Source: Chiloscyllium plagiosum
Lineage: Eukaryota
NCBI RefSeq assembly: GCF_004010195.1
Contig: NC_057719.1
Span: forward strand, 79,745,579 to 79,803,534
Length of the DNA stretch: 57,956 nt
Direction of reading: 5' to 3'
The notes beneath the pieces were generated by a model. It did not search any database, was not told the DNA's origin, and saw only the letters and a list, made by a program, of their open reading frames with translations. This document shows positions 37,060 through 47,173 of the stretch, piece after piece (position 1 is the stretch's first letter; each line of letters opens with the position of its first letter). The translations under genes and the position numbers were made by a program.

Positions 37060-37530
37060 ATTCATCACCTCAGGACATCCTGAAGTGCTTTACATCCAGT
37101 GAAGTACTTGTGAAGTGTAATTACTGTTGTCAGGTCAAAAAATACAGCAACAAGTTTACTTGTAGCAGAGTGCCTTCAACTGCAATGTGGGAATGACCAG
37201 ATAAGCTGTTACTGGGATGCTGGCTGAGGGATAAACACAGTAGTGGTTAGGGGTCTGAGCAAACACCCTACCTAACCTTTGCAGTAGCACAATAGGCACC
37301 GCCTCTAAGATACTTTCTAATCCAGGATGTAATTACACACCTCAGGTGGGACTTGAACGCTGTGCCTCATAGATAGGGACACTAACACCGCACCAGGGGC
37401 CCCTCTGATACTATACAGCTCTCTATGCTCCCCTGGAGTCTGGATTATAGACTGTGAAGTGGAACTTGAATATTTGGCCTTCCAGCTCAATAGACGGAAC
37501 ACTCGATATATTCAATCTCTGCTGACAGCA
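37060..37530 (-). mobile_element. Old Deu-type SINE remnants
   Basis: cacctcaggacatcc..gtgctttaca..tgaagtact..gaagtgta is the rc of the tail type seen at 5610-5670. Confidence 0.5.
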
Positions 37531-38609
37531 AGGAGCAATACCAGTAAGAAATGATGTAATAGGATCCTGGTAGAGTCATTAAAAGACTGGAGCACAAAAC
37601 AGAGAAGGCCATCTCACAAAGTACAGGGAGGGCTCTGCTCAGCACCAGGAAAGCACGGTTGAAATGGTGGGTCATCACCCACAGAAAACTCCTACACATA
37701 ACAGTGTGATAACGAATCGGATAAACTTTGCAATGTCTGAGTTGGGGAGCTATGTAGTGAGCATGGCACCAGGGAGAACTTGCCTGGTCGGTCCTTGAAA
37801 TACTGCAACGGGATGTTGCATGTCCACTCGAGAGGGTCTGAAGTGAACACAAGTCATCACAAAGGTGTAAGGGAAGTACGTTAACACATGTCAGGGTTAT
37901 TTCAGTACAAAAAGCAGGGACTTTCTCATCTGTTCTACTCCTTGTAACTGCTCACCACCTCAGCTGTGGGAAATACATTTTAACCCCAGCCTGTTTCTGA
38001 CAGACAATACTCATGCTAGCCACAATGCTGAATTGGTTACCTGTTTCAGAAATCCCCCATCGGTCTCCAATTCTATTTGTGTTATTCAGACTGAGTTAAC
38101 CCCTTCTAACTCAAAGAGAGCTGATATGTTCATTAACTTCGAACAGACTGACAGCAGTAGCTAGGCTCGCAACAAGGACACCACCTTAATTAGAAGTTCG
38201 AAGCTGACATTCTGGCTGTCAGCTCTGGCTGGATGCCCTGGACGCTGTGAAGAAAACAAGAGCCTGGCCAGAAAATTGCCTGACTAATGGCACCAATCTC
38301 CAGCTGTTCATCTCCTTGTAAGACTTGCCAAGGAGATCCCTCCTGTGTTCTGGACAACATTTAGTCTTCAGCTGACTATCTGATCCTAATGCCAATTCTG
38401 TGCTCGAGAGCTTTATGTGTTATTTTTCCAGCATTACCAGTTACTGCAATTCAGAAGTACTTATGCAAGTGCTGTGCACCTTCTTCAGGTTGTGAGAAGT
38501 GCTATATTAAAGCAAATGTTTAAAATTTGTGTATGACTCCAAGCTGAGTCACAGAAATGTTACCAATTAATAATCTGAGTGAACAATTGCTCTGGGCTAT
38601 CACTGCTCA

Positions 38610-39270
38610 TCTCAGAACTTCATTGTATTTGTACAGAAACAGGTGTTTATGCTCCTCATGAGTTTCCACCCATCTTTCATCATCTGGCCCCATTGACTTA
38701 CCCGTCCTATAATCCTTTCTCCTTTATCTCTTAATGTAGCTTTCTCTTAAACGCACCCATGTTAACTGCCTCAGCTACTCTTTGCAAGAGTGAATCCCAC
38801 ACCTGAACTAATCTCTGTAAAAAGACATTTCTTCTGAATTTCCTATTGGACTTTATTTTGGCTATGCCCACTAATCCGTATCCTCTCCACCTCACTCCAA
38901 CCCGCCAAAGCTGGCAATATCTTCTCGAAGTCTATATTATGAAATCCTTTCAAAACTTTAAAGGCAGATTATACCTTCGACTCCTCCTTTCTCAGTTTGT
39001 TCAACTTACCTCATAAGTATAAAACTTTTGGAAATCTTTTCTTTTCCATCTTCTCCTACCCCTTTATCCTCCTTTATAAGAAAGAAGACCAGAATCCATT
39101 CCCAGAATCCTGAAGTGTGGTCTAACCAAGATCCCATACAAGTTGAAAGTGAGGACTGCAGATGCTGGAGATCAGAGCTGAAAAATGTGTTGCGCTTTTC
39201 CAGCAACACATTTTTCAGCCCATACAAGTTGAAGCTGACCTCTCGGCATTTCAGTTCCATAACCCAGCAA
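38610..39270 (-). mobile_element. Old degenerate CR1 3' fragment
   Basis: ORF 39006-39281 remnants; ccagaa..gaagtgtggtctaaccaag is the rc of LVRPH..FW. Confidence 0.6.
39148..39218. mobile_element. 71-bp fold-back PLE-derived insertion
   Basis: Perfect 17-bp arms at 39177-39193 and 39203-39219; direct repeat cccatacaagttgaa at 39133-39147 and 39219-39233. Confidence 0.85.
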
Positions 39271-39505
39271 CTTAGCATCACATTGAAAAATTTTGCAACT
39301 GCACTTCCATTTCCTGAGTCGAACTCATTAATCTAAATGAACCATAGGGGCCTCAGCACCGGTTCCCTCTGAAAAAAAATGCTGCCTCTTTGTGTTAGCC
39401 CAAGTTAGACCACCTTTGACGCCCACACCCATCTCCACTTCCTGCTTTGAGGCCAGCTTATTAGTCAGACCACAATTTATCTCCTGACAACATCTTAGTC
39501 TGTGT

Positions 39506-39541
39506 CTACGACCGTGGTGAATTCTCAAAGGCCTCACAGAA
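39506..39541 (-). CDS. Candidate terminal coding exon (FCEAFENSPRS*) of the putative Cys-rich protein
   Basis: Acceptor ctgatttgtgtacttgcag; phase 0 matches the upstream exon; very short, so weak support. Confidence 0.2.
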   Translation of the reverse strand, partial: FCEAFENSPRS

Positions 39542-39589
39542 CTGCAAGTACACAAATCAGACGGATAAGAAGGCACTTTCTTCATTAGT

Positions 39590-39880
39590 GTGGGTGTCAG
39601 TAACCAGGGGCTATAGATTTAAGGTGACAGGTGGAAGATTAAGGGGGAGCTGAGGAGAATTGCTTTCATCCAGTGGGTGGTGTGTGTCTGAAACTTACTG
39701 CACGAGAGGGTGGTTAAATCAGAAACTTTCATAACATTTAAGTAGTACTTAGACATTCACTGGCAATGCCATAGCCTCCAGGACTGGAAAACAGGATTAG
39801 TGTAGTCAGATCTTTACTGCCTGGCACAGACAAAATGGGGCAATGGACTCCCTTCAAACTGTAATAATCTCTGAGTCTTT
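39590..39880 (+). mobile_element. Old CR1 3' fragment
   Basis: agatttaaggtga..ggggagctgaggagaa..ttcatccagtgggtggtg. Confidence 0.7.
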
Positions 39881-40357
39881 GAGTCTGTCTACTGAATAAG
39901 TCTTATCCATACTTTCTATTATTCCTTTAAGGAAATTAATAAGTTTGAACAAGTGCAAACTGCCTGTTTAAAACCCATGCTAACTTCTTTTCATTCTATT
40001 TTTCACATTCTAGATTTCTTTAAACTACGTATTTGCAAAATACTTCCCTCCACTATTATTAAGGTATTTGGTGCATGATCCTTTGGAGTTGTTCCATTTC
40101 TCTCTTTAAGGTTAGCAGTTACATTGTCTACCCACCAGCAATATGGTAGGCTCCTAACAGTTCTATGGGCAATTAAGGATGAGCAATAAATGCTGGTCTA
40201 GCTAATGATGCCTTAACCTCTGGCACTATTCTCTTTACTAATGCATATATATAATAGAGTCTAAACCACAATCCTTTAATTTCCTCATCAGCAGTTGTCC
40301 TTTCATGGATGCAAGTGAGATGCCCATGAGACGGCTGTGTATTCAGAGATGACTCAC

Positions 40358-40622
40358 ATGTTCTACCTGAGACTTGTAAGCTTTCCTACAGAGAGGACAT
40401 TCATTGTTGCTCATGCAGCACCACTCAAAAGGACAGTTTGATTCATCCCTGCAGTAGACACGTCTGGGCTGGTTTGTGCTGTCGTTCCCACCCACAGTTC
40501 CATCACTGGGACTTCCAGCTCCTAGCCAGCTGGCACTTGGATACCAGTCTTGGCACTCAGTAAGGGAAGCTGAATCCGGTTCCATTCCGGTAAGATGCCG
40601 AGCAACTGGAGTTCCATCTCCA
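40358..40622 (-). CDS. Candidate internal coding exon (265 bp) with Cys cluster
   Basis: Acceptor cccatcattccttgcag and donor cat|gtgagt; only one frame is open, encoding ...YCRDESNCPFEWCCMSNNECPLCRKAYKSQVEH; phase 2 to 0. Confidence 0.4.
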
Positions 40623-40962
40623 CTGCAAGGAATGATGGGATAGTGAGTATTATCCAACCCAGTGCCAAGGAGTCTCAGGCCAATTCCCAATATTAAACTC
40701 CGAGCTCTTGGGCTCAATTTGGATTTGGTTGCCTTGTTGAAAAATGAACAACAATTTGGAAGGGTTAAGGCAAGTTCTTGATTTCCAGTGTTTGGATTCT
40801 GAGGTACAGCACCTGATAGTTTCAGGGGGAATGTGATTTGATATTACAATGCCCACCTCCCCGAAGGGCTTGTAGGTGTCAGGTGTTATCCAGGCAGGCC
40901 TAGACTAACTGATGTCAGCAGGGTCCTATTGACCTCAGAATTGACCTCAGTACTTCCATGTG

Positions 40963-41445
40963 AGAGCCACAGAGTCATAGAGATGTACAGCATGAAAACA
41001 AACACTTCGATCTGACTCGTCCATGCCAACCAGATATCCTAACCTAATCTAGTCCCATTTAGCCAGCACCTGGCTCATATCCCTCTAAACCCTTCCTATT
41101 CATATACCCATCCAGATGCCTTTTAAATGATGTAATTGTACCAGCCTTCATCACTTCCTCTGGCAGCTCATCCCATACACGCATCACCCTCTGCGTGAAA
41201 AAGTTGCCCCTTGGGTCCCTTTTAAATTTTTCCCCTCTCACCCTAAACTTATGCCCTCTGGTTCTGGACTATTTACCTTATCCGTACCTTATCATGATTT
41301 TGTATTCCTCCTTAAGGTCGCCCCTCAGCCTCCAACACTCCAAGGAAAACTGCCCCAGCCTCTTCTTGTAGCTCAAAACCTGCAATCCTGGCAATATCCT
41401 TGTAAGTCTTTTCTGAACTCTTTCAGGTTTCACAACATCCTTCAT
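40963..41445 (-). mobile_element. CR1 3' fragment (within the candidate intron)
   Basis: ORFs 41059-41241 and 41278-41505. Confidence 0.92.
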
Positions 41446-41564
41446 ATCGATGAGAGTGTGAGGGTTGAGGGGTGCAAAAGGAACTGTTGACCCCTGGTGA
41501 TTCAAATCATCATCAGGGGCTCACTATCTAGGTCCGTCAATGGAGAATGGAAATGAAAGTATAC

Positions 41565-41668
41565 CCATTGAACCTTAATGTAGCGCAGTCAGGGGAAGAG
41601 GAAAGTGAACCCACTAACAGTATTATTTCAATAGGAAGTACAGTAATAATGAGGTATATTGGGTTCAT
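41565..41668 (-). CDS. Candidate first coding exon with signal-peptide-like segment (exon acceptor at 41710)
   Basis: Acceptor gctttccttcacag; atcATG; MNPIYLIITVLPIEIILLVGSLSSSPDCATLRFN; donor tgg|gtatac (or aag|gttcaa at 41574), both phase 2. Confidence 0.35.
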
Positions 41669-42013
41669 GATGAGGTTACAGTGGTTTTTACAGCAATTTT
41701 CTGCAGAACCCTGTGAAGGAAAGCAGGTCAATTTGTGCATTCTCAATTAAATTCAAATTTCCTACAGTGAAAAAAAATATGTGCAGCTCCTGCAGTGGAA
41801 TATCTGCATGGTAACACACAAGTGAAGGACTCTCGTTCAGTACAGGAGGGTGAATGAGATCAGGATAATTGTTGCAAACAAGAAGGGATAGATAAAGAGT
41901 AACAATTGGTTAAAGAAAAATAGAAAAGGCATCAAGACAGTGGGATAGGTTAGATCATACTCAAAGACAATGGTGTAGGCGTGCTGCTATGTGGAAGAGG
42001 AGGGAAGTTGGCT

Positions 42014-43038
42014 TTTAGTGAGCAAAATTGGGGCGCATGGTATTTAGTGAGCAAAATTAGGGCGCATGGTATTTAGTGAGCAAAATTAGGGCGCATCGTA
42101 TTGGGGGCAAAGTGCTAACTTGGATTGAAAGTTGGTTGGCTGATAGGAAATAAAGAGTAGTGATAAACGGCTCCATTTCGGAATGACAGGCAGTGACCAG
42201 TGGGGTACCGCAGGGATCAGTNNNNNNNNNNNNNNNNNNNNNNNNNNNNNNNNNNNNNNNNNNNNNNNNNNNNNNNNNNNNNNNNNNNNNNNNNNNNNNN
42301 NNNNNNNNNNNNNNNNNNNNNNNNNNNNNNNNNNNNNNNNNNNNNNNNNNNNNNNNNNNNNNNNNNNNNNNNNNNNNNNNNNNNNNNNNNNNNNNNNNNN
42401 NNNNNNNNNNNNNNNNNNNNNNNNNNNNNNNNNNNNNNNNNNNNNNNNNNNNNNNNNNNNNNNNNNNNNNNNNNNNNNNNNNNNNNNNNNNNNNNNNNNN
42501 NNNNNNNNNNNNNNNNNNNNNNNNNNNNNNNNNNNNNNNNNNNNNNNNNNNNNNNNNNNNNNNNNNNNNNNNNNNNNNNNNNNNNNNNNNNNNNNNNNNN
42601 NNNNNNNNNNNNNNNNNNNNNNNNNNNNNNNNNNNNNNNNNNNNNNNNNNNNNNNNNNNNNNNNNNNNNNNNNNNNNNNNNNNNNNNNNNNNNNNNNNNN
42701 NNNNNNNNNNNNNNNNNNNNNNNNNNNNNNNNNNNNNNNNNNNNNNNNNNNNNNNNNNNNNNNNNNNNNNNNNNNNNNNNNNNNNNNNNNNNNNNNNNNN
42801 NNNNNNNNNNNNNNNNNNNNNNNNNNNNNNNNNNNNNNNNNNNNNNNNNNNNNNNAGGCCCAGTCTCTGGATTCATTTAAGAAAGAGTTGGATAGAGGTC
42901 TCAAGGATTGTGGAATCAAGGGTTATGGAGATAAGGCAGGAACAGGATACTGATTAAGGATGATAAGCCATGATCATATTGAATGGTGGTGCAGGCTCGA
43001 AGGGCAGAATAGCCTACTCCTGCACCTATTGTCTATTG
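42014..43038 (+). mobile_element. 5'-truncated CR1 (second subfamily) spanning gap 42222-42855; 29-bp triplication at its 5' end
   Basis: VTSGVPQGS RT motif; tail gccatgatcatattgaatggtggtgcaggctcgaagggcagaatagcctactcctgcacctatt. Confidence 0.9.
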
Positions 43039-43305
43039 GTTTCAGAGTAAACTTTTTCAGGACCTCTGCACGCTGATAATAGGCAGATCCAGTCTCCATT
43101 GCTGTAACAGTTCTGATAACCATGGCATGGTCCAAGAACTAGGTCTTAAAGAGTATGTTAAGGAGTTTTAAAGTTGTAAAGGAGAGGAAAAAGGTACAGA
43201 GGCAGGTTCTAGGAGGGACTTCCAAGGGTTCGGGGCAGGTGCCTGAAAGCAGGATTACCAAAGGTGTCATAACGGAGGCTGGGATGGTAAAGGGATCAGA
43301 TTTGT

Positions 43306-43627
43306 GGGCGGCACGGTGGCACAGTGGTTAGCACTGCTGCCTCGCAGCGCCAGAGACCCGGGTTCAATTCCCGCCTCAGGCGACTGACTGTGTGGAGTTT
43401 GCACATTCTCCCCGTGTCTGCGTGGGTTTCCTCCGGGTGCTCCGGTTTCCTCCCACACTCCAAAGATGTGCAAGTCAGGTGAATTGGCCATGCTAAATTG
43501 CCCGTAGTGTTAGGTAAAGGGGTAAATGTAGGGGTATGGGTGGGTTACGCTTCGGCGGGTCGGTGTGGACTTGTTGGGCCGAAGGGCCTGTTTCCACACT
43601 GTAAGTAATCTAATCTAATCTAATCTA
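43306..43627 (+). mobile_element. Young full-length HE1 V-SINE
   Basis: Intact CpG-rich head, V-domain and (aatct)4 tail. Confidence 0.97.
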
Positions 43628-43949
43628 AACTGGAAGAGTGCACAATCGGCAGACATTTTCTAATTAACCTACTCGGAGATGTTGTTGCAGGTCTCTGGAG
43701 CAGGTGGGACTTGAATCCAGACCTCCTGGCTCAGAGGTGGAGGTGTCACCACTACATTTGGAGTTGAATACATTGATAGCAAAGGGAGATAACATGGAAT
43801 TTTATATCCTCATGAACTGAAACATTGCAGAGAAGTCTTATAGAGCTGACGTATTAGGTAGCATTTTGGGGAGATGACAGGGTCCTCACTCTCTAGACCA
43901 CAAACAGTCCCACTGAACTTCCATGTGGAAAGCCTACAAAATTGTCACC

Positions 43950-45180
43950 GTGGCTTTATGCAGTCTCACAAACTTGAACGAGTTTTTATTGAGGAAGTGA
44001 TAAAGATGATTGATGAGGGTAAGGCAGTGGTTGTTGTCTACATGGACTTTACTAAAGCCTTTGACAAGGTCCCTCATGATGGACTGGTCCAGAAGATCAA
44101 ATTGCATGGATTCCATGGTGAATTGGCAATTTGGATGTAAAGATGGCTTGGCCATCGAAGACAGAGGATAGTTGTGGAGGACGGTTTTTCTGACAGGAGG
44201 TCTGTGACCAGTGGTGCTTTGCATGGATCAGTGCTAGCACCTCTGTCATTTGTCATATGTATAAATAATTTGGATGAAGATGACAATGATCTGATTAGTA
44301 AATTTGCAGTTGGCATGAAAGTTGGGGAAGTTGTGGATAGTGAGAAAGGATATCAAAGTATCCAGCAAGGTGTAGCTCAGCTGGCAAGTTGGATGGAGAA
44401 ATGGCAAATGGAGTTTAATCCAGACAAGTAGGAATTTTGGGAGGTCACATGCAAAAGGAAAAAATACAGTAAGTGGCCGGGCCCTTGGGAGCATTGAGTT
44501 TCAGAAGGATCTGTGGGAGGGGGCCAGTCCAAGTCCATAGCTCCCTGAAAGTGGCAACGCAAGTGGCTAAGATAGTACAGATGGGCATGCCTTCATTGGT
44601 TGGGGCATTGTGTATAAAAGTTGGCAAGTCTTGCTGCAACTATGTAAGTATTTAGTCAGGTTATACTTGGAGTTCTGAGTGCGGTTCTGGTTGCTTCTTA
44701 TCGGTATGGAGGCTCCGGAGACAATGCAGAAGAGGTTTATGAGAATGGTGCCTGGATTGGAGTGTATTAGCAGTACAGCGAGGTTGGACAAACGTGGATT
44801 GTTTTTGCTAGAAGGCTCAGAGGCAACCTGCTAGAAGGATATAAAATGATGAGAGGCATGGATAGGGTGGATAGTCGGAATCTTTCTCTCAGGGTGGAAA
44901 TGTCAAATTCAGGTTTAATGCGAGAGGGAGAAAGTTTAATGGAGATGTGCGAGGAAAGTTTTGTTTTGCACTGGGGATGGTGTGTGCCTGGAACGCACTG
45001 CCAAGGGATGTGGTAGAAGCAGATACAAGAGCAATGATTAAGAGGCATTTAGACAGACACATGAACAGGAAGAGAGGGACGATGTGCATGCAGATGGGAT
45101 TGGTTTAGGATAGCATCGTGGTCAGCACAGACATGTTGGGCTGAACGGCCACTTCCAGTGCTGTACTGTTCTATGTTCTA
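43950..45180 (+). mobile_element. CR1 RT plus 3' UTR fragment
   Basis: VYMDFTKAFDKVPH; SVTSGALHGSVLAP; WQMEFNPDK; tail ctgtactgttctatgttcta. Confidence 0.95.
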
Positions 45181-45875
45181 ATAAAGTGCCAATCAGTCAC
45201 TTAGGGGGGCAGTGAGAGACATTCCCCGGGATCAAGTACTCAGGGACAGATTTCCAACCTTATCCTGGACAGCTCCCTGCCATTTTGCTTGGCAGCGCCA
45301 GGGCAAGTGGTGGCAGCTGCCAACTCTGAACTCACCCAAGGGTCAACACCAATGACGGACCCCAGGCCTCAGCTGAGCCATGGCAAGAATGGAGGTGGGG
45401 GTGGGGGGGAGGGGGGGGGGGGTGAGAGAGAGGAGGCGTCAGCAGCAAGGGGAGAAGTGCTAGCCCTCTTCCCAACGGCTAGCTTCCCCGATCGGGCACC
45501 CCTCCTGGGGCAAGTTCAGAAACTCTCCTTTTGCCAGGTTTGCTTTTCAGGTTCTTCAGATTACAAGTGAACCCCAAGGCCGTGGGATGAGGACCTTAAC
45601 TGGGCTTTTAACTGTCTGCTAAATGGCCTCTAAGTGGGAAGGCTACTTAGCCAGACTCAAGTCAGGGCAGACGTGGCAAGACAGCAGGGTCACCACTCGC
45701 CACCACCCCTCTCCCTCCGCACCCTGTCCGATTAAATACCCTTCCAACTCCAAACTTGCCTTGACAGGAAAATGTTAGATTTCACATTGTCAACGCTGGT
45801 ATTCAATGAGGGGAAAGTATCACCATCCAGTCATAGTGGAGAAGATGAAACATAGATCATTATACTGTAACAGGT

Positions 45876-45881
45876 TTTATT
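45876..45881 (-). terminator. Candidate AATAAA polyadenylation signal of a minus-strand gene
   Basis: Preceded on the minus strand by U-rich sequence, ATTAAA (45961-45966), GTGCAATA (45976-45983) and TGTAAATA (46012-46019). Confidence 0.5.
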
Positions 45882-46823
45882 AGAAACAAAAGTTTACAAA
45901 TACTTTACAAACGTAAAACTGAACCCATAAGAGTATAACGGAGGAGAGAAGGAGCCAAGCTTTAATATACAGCCATATTGCACAAGTAGAAAATCAGCTC
46001 CCATTTTCAGCTATTTACAGTTATTGAGTGCACTTCCCCAAGTCTCAATAACACACACAAATCCCAAGGTGTTTGTTCTAAACCGTGCTACATTATCACT
46101 GGGTCTCTTCTCTTGTCTGGGATTGTGCAGTTTTCAAGACCTCCAGTTTACTTTTCGGGGAAAAAAAAATACCTGTACAGAAAATAAGAGGACAACTTTC
46201 AAACAGTTGTTGCAAAGAATGGATTGTTAACTGGGAATCTAGGGTTATGCATACACATAACCTGCTGGCCACTTATAGCTGACTAGGTCAGATAGGGTCA
46301 TGCCATGACATGGGCCATTAGCATAAGTTTCCCAGTGTGTGGAGACATCGGCCTGGCATGTAGCCACATCATTATCCAATTACATCCATTCTCTGCCCTG
46401 AATAGATTAGACAGCAAGATCAGTCTTTGAAGGTTCATAACTTCATTTATCTGCTTCTGTTCCAAACCTCAACAACTTGTTAACTTCAGTTAAAGGAAAG
46501 TTAGCATTTCCACTTGAGGAGCCAAGGACGGAGGTCAAGACTATTTCAAGACGAATAGATTTTTGTCAGGCAAGGGTAATAAGGGATCCAGCATCAAGGG
46601 GAAAATATGGGATTTTTTTATACAGATCACCCACAAGCTCAGTAAATGGCAGAACATACTCCAGGGCCCGAATGACCTACTCTTGTTTCAGTGTTCCTAA
46701 GCTCAATGACCTTAATATTGAAAGCCGTCAAGACTCTCTGATACAAGAGATGAGAAGTTCTTTCTCATCTACAATTACAAGGAGGTGGGTGGGAGCTGTA
46801 AGCAATCATGTCATTTGCCTATC

Positions 46824-46888
46824 ACCTACAGACTCACCCTGAGAGTGGAAGAGAGTCATCCTTGTCTGCGAGGGACCGCCGGTAATGA
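46824..46888 (+). mobile_element. 65-bp LINE 3' tip insertion (RTE-like, tentative) with 8-bp TSD
   Basis: tgcctatc at 46816-46823 and 46889-46896; ends in aatga(tg). Confidence 0.55.
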
Positions 46889-46974
46889 TGCCTATCTTAG
46901 TTTTGTTTATCACATCGAAAACTCTTGGGGAAGGGAGGGAACGCTGTTTGAATAGTATTTCTCAGACTTTTAAA

Positions 46975-47173
46975 CAGATGCTGTTATCAGACTTTTGAAT
47001 GGACTCTTTAATACTAATGTTGATCGATGCCTGCACCTTCTCCCCAGCTCTAACATTGTAGCCTGCACTCTTTTCTATTACCCTGACGTAGTTGTACAGT
47101 CCGATCTGCCTACAAAGCACGTAAGGCAACACTTTTCACTGTACCTCAGTATACATGACAGCAATAAATCAAA
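46975..47173 (+). mobile_element. Rex1-like LINE 3' tail remnant
   Basis: cttttcactgtacctcagtatacatgacagcaataaatcaaa resembles the recalled tail consensus. Confidence 0.45.

Noticed and set aside
43306..43380. tRNA gene-like A/B boxes
   Set aside because: This is the head of an HE1 SINE, followed by the V-domain and LINE-like tail and repeated several times in the window.
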